Assembly: GCA_903840385.1 (NCBI GenBank)
Contig: CAIMFT010000063.1
Coordinates: 1,620-65,619 of the forward strand
Reading direction: 5' to 3'
Origin: an uncultured Holophagaceae bacterium
GTDB taxonomy: Bacteria > Acidobacteriota > Holophagae > Holophagales > Holophagaceae
Length of the DNA stretch: 64,000 bases
The notes under the pieces were generated by a model. That model worked only from the letters and a program-made list of their open reading frames with translations, was not told where the DNA came from and did no database searches. The position numbers were made by a program, and so were the translations under genes. Numbering within the stretch: the first letter of the stretch is position 1; each line of letters starts with the position of its first letter. Positions 46,614-57,121 of this stretch are shown piece after piece.

Positions 46614-48065
46614 ATGCTAAAGAAAGTCGCCATATTCAAGGCCCTCGATGTGGAAATCAAGAAGCAGAGGGGACCCGTGGCGGTTAAGGACGGCTACAAG
46701 GGCCATCACTCCCTCAAAGAAGAGCTCAGCCAGCCTGGAATCACCATCTTGGGCGAAGTGGCCGGGGGTGACCCTGGCCGTGGTCAGGTGCGGGAATCCT
46801 ACAAGGCCTCCACCCACGCCAAGAGTCTGGCGGAAAACGGTGCCAAGGCGCTCTCCATCGCCACGGACAAGTTCCTCTACTACGGCGAGGACAAGCACCT
46901 CTCCGAGGTGCGCGCTCAGGTGAAGGTGCCCCTCATCCGTCGGGACTTCATCTTCGAGGAGTACCAGGTCGAGGAGAGCAAGATCCTCGGTGCCGATGCC
47001 ATCTACCTCATGCCGGCCATGCTCCCCCAGGAGCGGCTGCAGACCCTGCTGAAGTTCGCCATGAGCAAGGGTCTCGACGTGGTGGTGGAAGTGACCTCCG
47101 AGCTGGAGCTGGCCCGGGCCGTGGAGGCCGGGGCTGACATCGTGTGTGCCGTGGGCCGCAACCTCGACACCTGGGAAGCCTCCTGGGACCTGGCGCTCGC
47201 CCTCGTGAAGAAGGTGCCCAAGAGCTGTCTCCGCATGATCGAGGGCGGCGTCCTGCGCCTCGAGCAGATCAAGCAGGCCGAGGCCCTCGGGGTCCACGGT
47301 CTCCTCATCGGGGACGCCCTCCTCGACGACTACTATCCCGGCAAGCGCCTGGCCCAGATCCTGGCCGGCGTCGAGCCCCCAAAGAAAGCCGTGAAGCCCA
47401 AGGGCAAGACCGGCTCTGCCGCAGCAGCGGCGTTAGCCCCCACGGCCGCTCCTGCGGCCAAGGAATCCATCCCCACCCCGCGGGAAGTGCCTGCCCCCAC
47501 CGGCGCCAAAAGCGCCAAGGGCAAGGTCGCCACCCCCGCTCTTCCTTCCACCCCCGCCCTTAAGGGCAAAAAGGAGCCAAAAATGGCTGATCTGACCCCT
47601 CCGGCCGCCGCGCCGACCCCCGCCGCCCCGAAGAAGGCCGCCGCCAAGAAGGCCGCCCCCAAGAAGGCTGCTGTGAAGAAGGCCGCTGCCCCCAAGAAGG
47701 CCGCCGCCAAGAAGCCCGCCGCCAAGAAGGCCGCTGCCCCCAAGAAGGCCGCCGCCAAGAAGCCCGCCGCCAAGAAGGCCGCTGCCCCCAAGAAGGCCGC
47801 CGCCAAGAAGCCCGCCGCCAAGAAGGCCGCCCCCAAGAAGGCCGCCGTGAAGAAGGCCGCTGCCCCCAAGAAGGCCGTTGCCAAGAAGGCCGCCCCCAAG
47901 AAGGCTGCCGTGAAGAAGGCTGTTGCCCCGAAGAAGGCCGTTGCCAAGAAGGCCGCCGCCCCCAAGAAGGCTGTTGCCAAGAAGGCCGCCCCCAAGAAGG
48001 CCGCCGCTCCCAAGAAGGCCGCCGCCAAGAAGCCGGCTGCCAAGAAGGCCGCTGCCAAGAAGTAG
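46614..48065 (+). CDS. TrpC (IGP synthase)-like barrel with degenerate active site fused to histone-H1-like Lys/Ala/Pro tail
   Basis: LS..TD, P..R.DFI...YQ..E....GADA, VEV, LIG.AL pattern of IGPS, then about 145 aa of KKAAAPKK repeats in the same frame. Confidence 0.8.
   Translation: MLKKVAIFKALDVEIKKQRGPVAVKDGYKGHHSLKEELSQPGITILGEVAGGDPGRGQVRESYKASTHAKSLAENGAKALSIATDKFLYYGEDKHLSEVRAQVKVPLIRRDFIFEEYQVEESKILGADAIYLMPAMLPQERLQTLLKFAMSKGLDVVVEVTSELELARAVEAGADIVCAVGRNLDTWEASWDLALALVKKVPKSCLRMIEGGVLRLEQIKQAEALGVHGLLIGDALLDDYYPGKRLAQILAGVEPPKKAVKPKGKTGSAAAAALAPTAAPAAKESIPTPREVPAPTGAKSAKGKVATPALPSTPALKGKKEPKMADLTPPAAAPTPAAPKKAAAKKAAPKKAAVKKAAAPKKAAAKKPAAKKAAAPKKAAAKKPAAKKAAAPKKAAAKKPAAKKAAPKKAAVKKAAAPKKAVAKKAAPKKAAVKKAVAPKKAVAKKAAAPKKAVAKKAAPKKAAAPKKAAAKKPAAKKAAAKK
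47631..48062 (+). repeat. Coding low-complexity repeat (PKKAAAKK)n, including three perfect 48-bp tandem copies at 47676-47819
   Basis: Unit aagaaggccgctgcccccaagaaggccgccgccaagaagcccgccgcc starts at 47676, 47724 and 47772. Confidence 0.95.
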
Positions 48066-49714
<1,649 letters not shown>

Positions 49715-49715
49715 G

Positions 49716-50519
49716 TTGAGGCTCCACGTGGCAGCGGCCTCCGGGAACCGCTTCGGATACGTCTGGGCGAATGAGCTTAATTCTTGCGATGTATCGGCTT
49801 GTGCCAAAAGCATCTGCCAGCAGGAATGGAATCCCGGATTAGATGGCCTTTTTTTGATGCAAAGGCCCGACGATGGCCCATGGCGTCTGGATCACTGGGA
49901 CTCTGATGGATCCAAGTCCTTTTGTTCCAATGGAAGCAGGGCCGCGCTGGCGGTCCCGGGGGCGCCTGAAGGGACCCTGGTGGAGGCCACTTCCAACGGC
50001 GAGCGGATCCTCCTGAAGCGAACGGATTCGGGCGCTGCGATCCGCATGCCGGAGGGCGAAGGCTGCGGCCTGCATGCCGTGCCCATGCCTGTACCAGCGC
50101 CTGCGGGCTTCGGCTGGATCGGCAATCCGCAACTGATCCTGCGCGTGCCCTCCGTGGCGGCGGTGGACCTTGCGGCGCTCGCGCCGCCGCTGCGCCACCA
50201 CGTCTCGCTGCCTGGCGGGACCAACGTGAGCGTGGTGGAAGTGCTCGCCCCCGGCGAGGCCCGCATCCGCTCCTGGGAGCGCGGCGTGGAAGGCGAGACG
50301 CTCTGCTGCGGGACCGGCTGTGCCGTCGCCGCGGCCTGGCTGGCGGCGGAGGGTGGTCCCTCGGAGTGGACGCTGCACCCGACGGGCGGTGAGGCCGTGA
50401 CCCTCTCCATCGGCGCCCTCGAGGGGGGCCGCTGGCGGGATCTCTGGCTCTGCGGGCCGGTCCATCTGCTGGGCACCCGCCATCGGGATGTCCCGCCCTC
50501 ACAAGGGATCCATTCCTGA
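49716..50519 (+). CDS. dapF: Diaminopimelate epimerase-like protein
   Basis: SGN.F, G.DGL, DGS...CSNG, GNP, GTNV, WERGVEGETL.CGTG; both catalytic Cys present; probable TTG start. Confidence 0.75.
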   Translation: MRLHVAAASGNRFGYVWANELNSCDVSACAKSICQQEWNPGLDGLFLMQRPDDGPWRLDHWDSDGSKSFCSNGSRAALAVPGAPEGTLVEATSNGERILLKRTDSGAAIRMPEGEGCGLHAVPMPVPAPAGFGWIGNPQLILRVPSVAAVDLAALAPPLRHHVSLPGGTNVSVVEVLAPGEARIRSWERGVEGETLCCGTGCAVAAAWLAAEGGPSEWTLHPTGGEAVTLSIGALEGGRWRDLWLCGPVHLLGTRHRDVPPSQGIHS

Positions 50520-50633
50520 CCACCTGGCCCCTTCGCCGTGGAACCGCACCTGATAGACTGGAGTGTTCCACACCCGAGAGGAAACCGAAATGCTAGGTCT
50601 GGCCAACGCCTGCGCAACACGGAAGGACGCCTG

Positions 50634-51413
50634 ATGCGCGCCCGGGTAGTGGTGTTGGCAAACCAGAAGGGCGGGGTCGGCAAGACGACCACGGCCATCA
50701 ACCTGGCGGCCTCGCTGGCCATGATGGAGAAGATGGTGCTGCTGGTGGACTTCGATCCCCAGGGGCACAGCACCACCGGCCTCGGCTTCCCCAAGCCCGA
50801 TCACCGCGCCGGTGCCTACGCCTTGATGAAGGGCGCCCCCGCCGAGGCCCTGGTGCTCACCACCGAGGTGCCGATGCTGCAGGTGATCCCCGCCGGCAAG
50901 GACCTCGCCCAGCTGGAGTTCGAGCTCTACGAGATGCCTCAGCTCCAGGTGCTGCGCCAGGCCCTGGCTCCGCTTGTGGACCGCTACGACTACATCATCA
51001 TCGACCCGCCCCCCAGCCTGGGCATGATCACGCTGAACGCCCTCACCGCCGCCGACGAGGTCATCGTCCCCATGCCCTGCGAGTTCTTTGCGCTGGACGG
51101 ACTGGCTGAGCTGACCGAGACGCTGCGCCGCATCCAGACCGGCGCCAACCCGCGCCTGCAGCTGGGCGGCATCCTGCTCACCATGGCCGACGAGCGCACC
51201 AACCTGGGCCAGGCCGTGGCCAACGAGGTGCGCCAGGCCTTCCCGGGCAAGGTGTTCCAGACCACCATCCCGAGGAACATCCGCCTCGCCGAGGCGCCGA
51301 GTCACGGCAAGCCCGTGGCCTTCTATGACATCCGCTCCCGGGGTGCCCAGGCGTACCTGAGCCTCGCCAAGGAGTGGGTCAGCATGGAAGATACTGCGAG
51401 GAGGGAAGCCTGA
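50634..51413 (+). CDS. parA: Chromosome partitioning ATPase ParA/Soj
   Basis: [49 protein letters not shown]. Confidence 0.95.
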   Translation: MRARVVVLANQKGGVGKTTTAINLAASLAMMEKMVLLVDFDPQGHSTTGLGFPKPDHRAGAYALMKGAPAEALVLTTEVPMLQVIPAGKDLAQLEFELYEMPQLQVLRQALAPLVDRYDYIIIDPPPSLGMITLNALTAADEVIVPMPCEFFALDGLAELTETLRRIQTGANPRLQLGGILLTMADERTNLGQAVANEVRQAFPGKVFQTTIPRNIRLAEAPSHGKPVAFYDIRSRGAQAYLSLAKEWVSMEDTARREA

Positions 51414-52279
51414 TGACCCAGCCGAAGCGTCCGGCCCTCGGCCGCGGCCTGACCTCGCTCATGAGCCAGATGGCGCCGGAGAATGCGACGCCGCGGGAGC
51501 TGCCCCTGGGCAACCTGGTGCCCAACCGCGCCCAGCCTCGCACCTACTTCGACGAGACCGCCCTGCAGGAGCTGGCCGACAGCCTGAAGCAGCATGGGAT
51601 GGTGCAGCCCATCGTGGTGCGCAAGGTCGGGCAGCAGTACGAGATCATCGCTGGTGAGCGGCGCTGGCGGGCGGCCCGCAAGGCCGGCCTGGCCATGGTC
51701 CCGGTGGTCATCAAGGAGGTCCCGGACGATCGCCTCCTGGAGTTCGCCCTGGTGGAGAACATCCAGCGCGAGGAGCTGAACCCCATCGAGGAGGCCTCGG
51801 CCTACTGGCAGCTGGGCGAGCACCTGCGGCTCACCCAGGAGCAGGTGGCAGACCGCGTGGGCAAGTCCCGCCCCCAGGTTGCCAACACCCTGCGTCTGCT
51901 CCGCCTGCCCGCCACCCTCCGCGCCGAGGTGGCCTGCGGTCACCTGAGCGTCGGCCATGCGAAGGTGCTGCTCGGCGTGACCGAGCCCCGGCGCCAGGAA
52001 GAGCTGGCCCTTGAGGTGGTGGCCCAGCAACTGAGCGTCCGTGCCCTCGAGGCCCGCGTCCAGCGTCTGCAGAAGAAGGACCGGCCCCACAGCCGGAAGA
52101 AGCACCCCCAGGACATCTTCATCAAGGCCGCCGCCGAGGAGCTGACCCAGTCCTGGGGCACCCGGGTGGAGATCAAGGCCCGCGGCAAGGCCGGTGCCCT
52201 CGTCCTGCACTACGGCAGCGAGGCCGAGCTGGATCGTCTGTTCGAAGCCCTCAAGCACGGTCCGTCCAAGCGCCGCTAG
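51413..52279 (+). CDS. parB: Chromosome partitioning protein ParB/Spo0J
   Basis: LGRGL, PN..QPR..F, IIAGERRWRAA, ENIQRE.LNPIEEA, HTH with GKSR..VANTLRLL. Confidence 0.95.
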   Translation: MTQPKRPALGRGLTSLMSQMAPENATPRELPLGNLVPNRAQPRTYFDETALQELADSLKQHGMVQPIVVRKVGQQYEIIAGERRWRAARKAGLAMVPVVIKEVPDDRLLEFALVENIQREELNPIEEASAYWQLGEHLRLTQEQVADRVGKSRPQVANTLRLLRLPATLRAEVACGHLSVGHAKVLLGVTEPRRQEELALEVVAQQLSVRALEARVQRLQKKDRPHSRKKHPQDIFIKAAAEELTQSWGTRVEIKARGKAGALVLHYGSEAELDRLFEALKHGPSKRR

Positions 52280-52305
52280 GCCCCAGCCACCGGAAGGAGC
52301 CCACC

Positions 52306-53163
52306 ATGTCGTCCTGGTTCGTGAAGAAGCGCCAACAGAAGACCGCGGTCGAGGAGAAGACTGTCCGGGTGCCGGAGGGTCTCTGGATCAAGTGCGACGC
52401 CTGCAAGGAGCTGATCTACCGCAAGGAGCTGGTGAACACGCACAACGTCTGCCCCAAGTGCGGCTACCACTTCCGGATCGGTGTCCCTGAGCGGCTGGAA
52501 AACCTGCTGGATCCGGGCTGGACAGGTCTCTTCAGTCACCTCCAGAGCGCGGACCCCCTAGGCTTCGTCGCCCAGAAGAGCTACAAGGAGCAGCTGAGCC
52601 GCCTGGCGGCAGCGGGCCAGACCGAGGACGCCGTGGTGGTGGTGGAGGGCACCATCTCCGGGCATCCCGTGGTGGTCTCCATCATGAACTTCGACTTCCT
52701 GGCCGCCAGCATGGGCAGCGTGGTGGGGGAGAAGCTGCGCCTGGGCGTGGAGCGCGCCCTCGAGAAGAGCTGCCCCTACATCATCGTCAGCTGCAGCGGC
52801 GGTGCCCGCATGCAGGAAGGCACCCTCTCCCTGATGCAGATGGCCAAGGTGAGTGCCGCCCTCGCCAAGCTCGACAAGGCTGGCCTGCCCTACCTCAGCA
52901 TCCTCACGGACCCCACCACCGGCGGCGTCAGTGCCAGCTACGCCATGCTGGGCGACCTCAACATCGCCGAGCCCAAGGCCCTCATCGGCTTCGCGGGTCC
53001 CCGCGTCATCGAGCAGACCATCAAGCAGAGCCTGCCCGAAGGCTTCCAGCGCTCCGAGTTCCTCCAGGCCCACGGCATGGTGGACAAGGTGGTGAACCGC
53101 GACAACCTCAAGGACTTCATCGCCGCCACCCTGGCGTGGATGACGAACCCCGCCGGAGCGTGA
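52306..53163 (+). CDS. accD: Acetyl-CoA carboxylase carboxyltransferase beta subunit
   Basis: PEGLW.KC..C...Y.......CPKC zinc finger, SGGARMQEG, DPTTGGVSAS, IGFAGPRVIEQT. Confidence 0.96.
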   Translation: MSSWFVKKRQQKTAVEEKTVRVPEGLWIKCDACKELIYRKELVNTHNVCPKCGYHFRIGVPERLENLLDPGWTGLFSHLQSADPLGFVAQKSYKEQLSRLAAAGQTEDAVVVVEGTISGHPVVVSIMNFDFLAASMGSVVGEKLRLGVERALEKSCPYIIVSCSGGARMQEGTLSLMQMAKVSAALAKLDKAGLPYLSILTDPTTGGVSASYAMLGDLNIAEPKALIGFAGPRVIEQTIKQSLPEGFQRSEFLQAHGMVDKVVNRDNLKDFIAATLAWMTNPAGA

Positions 53164-54389
53164 TGAGCGGCGGCGGCACCGGCAACCTGGCGCGGCTCCA
53201 CGGGCGGGGAAACTTCGGCATCAAGTGCGGCCTGGAGAACATCCGGACCCTGCTCATGGGCCTGGGTCGACCGGATGACGGCTACCCCGTGGTGCTCATC
53301 GCCGGGACCAACGGCAAGGGCAGCACCGGGGCCTTCCTCGCCCACATGCTGCAGGCTGCGGGCCTGGTGGTGGGGTGGACCACCTCGCCCCACCTGACAG
53401 ACGTCCGGGAGCGCATCTGGATCGACGGCCAGCCCATCGGCGAGGGTGCCTTGGAGCTGCTGCTGGGCGAGGCCTTTGAGGCCGAGGCCCGGGCGGGCAT
53501 CCAGGCCACCTACTTCGAGCTGATGATCACCGCGGCCCTGCTGGCCTTCCGCATGACGGGCGTGGAGGTGGCTCTGCTGGAGGTGGGCATGGGGGGTCGC
53601 TGGGATGCCACCAATGCCACGGACCCGCTGCTCACCGTGCTCACCACCGTGGGCCTGGACCATCAGCAGTACCTGGGTGACACCCGGGAGGCCATCGCCC
53701 GGGAGAAGCTCTGCACCGCCCGGGCGGGCCGCCCGCTGGTGCTGGGGCCTGCCCTGGATCCTGCCTGGGTCCGCTCCCTGCTGCCCTGCGAGGCGGTCCT
53801 GCGGCCGGCCTCCCGCCTGGGTCCGGCGGAGGTGCGCTGGGACCACTCCGGCCTCGGTGGCCGGCGGGTGGGACTGCCGGGTCTGCATCAGCTGGACAAC
53901 CTCGCCACCGCATTCGAGGCAGCCCACTGCCTGCGAGAGCTGGGCTTCCCGCTGCCCTTGGATCGCCTCTGGGAGGGCGTGGTGGCCACCCACTGGCCCG
54001 GCCGCCTCTGGCAGGTTCCGGGTCTGGAAGCCGTGTGGATGGACGGCGCCCACAACCCCGAGGGCGCCCGAGCCTTGGCGGAGCACGCCCTGGCTTGCAG
54101 GGTTCGGCCACACCTCTTCTTTGGGGCCATGGGCGACAAGGACCTGGCGGGCGTGGCCAGCGAGCTAAAGCGGATGGAGCCCCTCTCGGTCACCTTCGTG
54201 TGGGGCGACGCCGAGCGCTATGCCACGGCCGAGCGGCTGGGGGCGGCCTGGGGCCTCCCTGCCCAGGTCCTGGACCTGCGGGAAGCCGCCGCCCTCCTGC
54301 GCCAGCCCGGGCAGGGTCCCCGCCTGGTGACAGGGTCCCTGTACCTGCTGGGGGACCTCCTGGGGACCCTGGGCATTCGGCCGTTCTAA
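53163..54389 (+). CDS. folC: Folylpolyglutamate synthase / dihydrofolate synthase
   Basis: IAGTNGKGST, TSPHL...RERI, TYFE, LEVGMGGRWDATN, DH..YLG.T...IA.EK, WPGR, DGAHNP. Confidence 0.92.
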   Translation: MSGGGTGNLARLHGRGNFGIKCGLENIRTLLMGLGRPDDGYPVVLIAGTNGKGSTGAFLAHMLQAAGLVVGWTTSPHLTDVRERIWIDGQPIGEGALELLLGEAFEAEARAGIQATYFELMITAALLAFRMTGVEVALLEVGMGGRWDATNATDPLLTVLTTVGLDHQQYLGDTREAIAREKLCTARAGRPLVLGPALDPAWVRSLLPCEAVLRPASRLGPAEVRWDHSGLGGRRVGLPGLHQLDNLATAFEAAHCLRELGFPLPLDRLWEGVVATHWPGRLWQVPGLEAVWMDGAHNPEGARALAEHALACRVRPHLFFGAMGDKDLAGVASELKRMEPLSVTFVWGDAERYATAERLGAAWGLPAQVLDLREAAALLRQPGQGPRLVTGSLYLLGDLLGTLGIRPF

Positions 54390-54422
54390 GGGGCCGCCCA
54401 GGCAGGTGCCGATGGGATACCC

Positions 54423-55091
54423 ATGCGGATCTCGTTGCTCCTCCTTGGCCTCGGCCTGGCCAGCGCCCTTGGTGCCCAGGAGGCTCTCCGGGTGGTTGCC
54501 GTGGTGCGCCAGGGGCTGCCGCCCTACGAGGCCGCTGACCGCATCTATGTCCTGGAGGGTGCCCCGGCACCCCAGGTGGGGGACCGCCTGACGGTGCGCC
54601 GGCCCGGTGTCCGGGGGATCCTCGCCCGCCTGCGGGTGACGGCACTGCACGATGGGCGTACGGAGGCCCGCCTGGTGCCGCCCCTGGAGCACAGCCCCAT
54701 GAAGGGTGACCTCGCCACCACCGAGGTCGCCTCGCCGCTGCTGGCCCTGGCAGCACCGGCGTTCCAGCCCCTGCCGGCGCTGACCGCACCCCGGCCTCTG
54801 CCCCAGGCTCCGCCCCGGGAGGGCCTGCTGTTCTTCCTGCCGCAGCGTTCGGACCTCAGCCTGGCAGGCATGAAGAAGGTGGAAGCCTGGGCCGAGGCCT
54901 GGGGCACCGGTGGCCACTATGTCATCCACATGCCGACGGCGAAGGCCCTGCGGGCGGAGCTCCAGAAGGACCGCATCGAGGCCCTGCGTGCGGCCCTGCG
55001 CTCCGTGGGCATCGCCGAGGCCACGGTGGATACCACGCCCCGGACCACCGAGGGCCGGAACGACCCCGCCTGGATCCGCCGGCTGGACTGA
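54423..55091 (+). CDS. Exported hypothetical protein with degenerate OmpA-like C-terminal domain
   Basis: Signal peptide; C-terminal LFF...S.LS..G...V..W......I......L...R.EA.R.AL..VGI resembles the OmpA fold. Confidence 0.45.
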   Translation: MRISLLLLGLGLASALGAQEALRVVAVVRQGLPPYEAADRIYVLEGAPAPQVGDRLTVRRPGVRGILARLRVTALHDGRTEARLVPPLEHSPMKGDLATTEVASPLLALAAPAFQPLPALTAPRPLPQAPPREGLLFFLPQRSDLSLAGMKKVEAWAEAWGTGGHYVIHMPTAKALRAELQKDRIEALRAALRSVGIAEATVDTTPRTTEGRNDPAWIRRLD

Positions 55092-55149
55092 AGGGGCCAC
55101 GTTTTTCCCGGGCAAGGTCTGGACTCCTGCCCCACACTGATACCCCGAT

Positions 55150-56187
55150 ATGTTCATGCCCTTTCTCCCCGCACTCCTTTTGACCCAGACCCCGCCTGCG
55201 GTGGTCCGGCCTGCGGCAGAGGCGGTACCCCCCGCTCGCATCGAGCTGACGACGCCCTTCCCGGTGCGCCTCGGCAGCGTGGGTCCCCGGGAGGTCAAGG
55301 AGGCGGTGTTCGGCCTCCGCAGCACCCATGACCGACCCTTCCACTTCCGGCTTCTGGACCTCTCCCTCGGAGCGAGCCTCGACCCGGCGCAGCTGGCGGC
55401 CCCCCTGGCCCCGGGTGAGGTGCGCCTCCTGAAGGTGCGCCTGGACCCCAGTGGCCTGCTGGGCCTTGTGAAGGGTGCCGTGCGCCTGGGCACCGATGAT
55501 CCGACCCAGCCCAGCTACATCCTCCGCTGGGAGCTGGAGGTCCGCCCCGAGGTGGCGGTGGACAGCCTGCGGAAGAGCCTGGGCGACGTGGCCCCCCACG
55601 AGCGTCCCGAGGCCCGCTTCCGGTTCACCCGCGAGGGCGGCGAGCCGCTGAAGCTGGTGGTGGTGGGGACCCTGCCCGGCCACCTGGAGGGAGGCCTGGT
55701 GCACGAGGGCACCGCTGCGGACCTCCGCCTGGCCCTGCGGCCGGAGCGCCTGGAGCCGGGTGTCACCGCCGGTCTGGAGGTGGTGAAGGTCGCCACCAAT
55801 GGGCCGCAGCAGCCGCTGTTCACCCTCTACCTGGACTGGCGCATCGCCACGGCGGTGCTCCCCTCTCCGTCCCGGCTGGTCTACACCGATCCCAAGACCA
55901 CGCTCCTGGCCCTGGAGCTGAAGGCCAGGGATGGCCAGCCCTTCCGCATCACCGGGGTCCGGGTGGTCGGCCCAGGCTATGAGGTCATCGATGTGCCGGG
56001 GCCAGCAGCCGCCGAGCAGGTGCTCCGCATCCGGCGCACAGGCACCGAGCCTGGAGCCGTGCTGGAAGTGGCGTGCTCCAATATGGAAGGCCCGCTCAAG
56101 GTGCCTCTGAAGTACCTGGACCCCGGGGTCCGCCCCGCCGCCAGCGCCCTCCCCGCACCGACCCCGATCGCTCCGCATGCCCACTAG
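55150..56187 (+). CDS. Exported Ig-like (DUF1573-like) hypothetical protein
   Basis: F..GSV.......F...S, L.PGE...L.V.LD..G..G.....V...TDDP..P pattern, repeated. Confidence 0.55.
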   Translation: MFMPFLPALLLTQTPPAVVRPAAEAVPPARIELTTPFPVRLGSVGPREVKEAVFGLRSTHDRPFHFRLLDLSLGASLDPAQLAAPLAPGEVRLLKVRLDPSGLLGLVKGAVRLGTDDPTQPSYILRWELEVRPEVAVDSLRKSLGDVAPHERPEARFRFTREGGEPLKLVVVGTLPGHLEGGLVHEGTAADLRLALRPERLEPGVTAGLEVVKVATNGPQQPLFTLYLDWRIATAVLPSPSRLVYTDPKTTLLALELKARDGQPFRITGVRVVGPGYEVIDVPGPAAAEQVLRIRRTGTEPGAVLEVACSNMEGPLKVPLKYLDPGVRPAASALPAPTPIAPHAH

Positions 56188-56209
56188 ACCGCTTCTCCCG
56201 GAGGTTCCC

Positions 56210-57121
56210 ATGGTCCTGATTGCCATTCTGCTGCTTGCTGCCGCTGCCATCGCCTGGCGCTGGAAGACCCGCGTCCCCTTCCCGCTGTCCGCCCGCCTGG
56301 CGGGCCTGCAGTGGGTGGGTCTGGGCCTGGGAACGGTCATCTTCCTCGGCTCCATGGCCGTTGTGGTGCCCCCGGGCCAGGCCGGTGTTGTGGTGCTCTT
56401 CGGCACGGTGCGCGACCAAGTGCTGCCGGCCGGACTGCACTTCATCAACCCCTTCTGCCAGGTGGTCCAGCTGGAAGTCCGAACCCGGAACTACACCATG
56501 TCGGGCATCGCCGACGAGGGCCAGAAGCGGGGCGACGACTCCATCCCGGTCATCACCTCGGACGGCCTCACCGTGAAGCTGGATGCCACCGTCTTCTACC
56601 ACCTGGACCAGGACCGCTGCGCCAAGATCTACGAGAAGATCGGCACCGACGTGGAAGGCCAGATCCTGCGCAGCCAGATCCGTACCTCCCTGCGGGATGC
56701 CGCTGCGGGCCTGTCCGCCACGGAGCTCTACACCACCCACCGCATGGGCTTCGTGGACAATGTCTCCAAGACCCTCACCACGGCCTTCAAGGAGCGCGGC
56801 ATCGTGATGGAGCAGGTGCTCCTGCGCAACGTGCTGCTGCCCGACCAGATCACCAAGGCCATCAACGACAAGATCGCCGCCGACCAGGATGCCCAGAAGA
56901 TGGCCTTCGTGCTCCAGAAGGAGAAGCAGGAAGCCGAGCGCAAGCGCATCGAGGCCGAGGGCCAGGCCAAGGCCCAGCAGATCGTCAGCCAGAGCCTCAC
57001 GCCCCAGATCATCGAGTACCAGCGCATCCAGGCCCTGCGCGACATCGGGGCCAAGGGCAACCTGATCATCACGCCCATGGGCGGGGCGACCCCCATGATC
57101 CAGGTACCGGCCCGGAAGTAA
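56210..57121 (+). CDS. SPFH/prohibitin-family membrane protein
   Basis: VVVPPG..GV...FG.V, GLHF.NPF, ITSDGL.V.LDATV, VLLRNV.LP, EKQEAERKRIEAEG.A. Confidence 0.92.
   Translation: MVLIAILLLAAAAIAWRWKTRVPFPLSARLAGLQWVGLGLGTVIFLGSMAVVVPPGQAGVVVLFGTVRDQVLPAGLHFINPFCQVVQLEVRTRNYTMSGIADEGQKRGDDSIPVITSDGLTVKLDATVFYHLDQDRCAKIYEKIGTDVEGQILRSQIRTSLRDAAAGLSATELYTTHRMGFVDNVSKTLTTAFKERGIVMEQVLLRNVLLPDQITKAINDKIAADQDAQKMAFVLQKEKQEAERKRIEAEGQAKAQQIVSQSLTPQIIEYQRIQALRDIGAKGNLIITPMGGATPMIQVPARK

Noticed and set aside
47631-48062. Tandem repeats as a possible CRISPR array or non-coding satellite
   Set aside because: No unique spacers, in-frame codon-length units and synonymous variation; this is a coding Lys/Ala repeat. 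No cas genes in the window.
49722-49737. CCACGTGG core at the dapF start as a parS site
   Set aside because: Only 11/16 match to parS, lies in coding sequence, and is expected by chance in GC-rich DNA.
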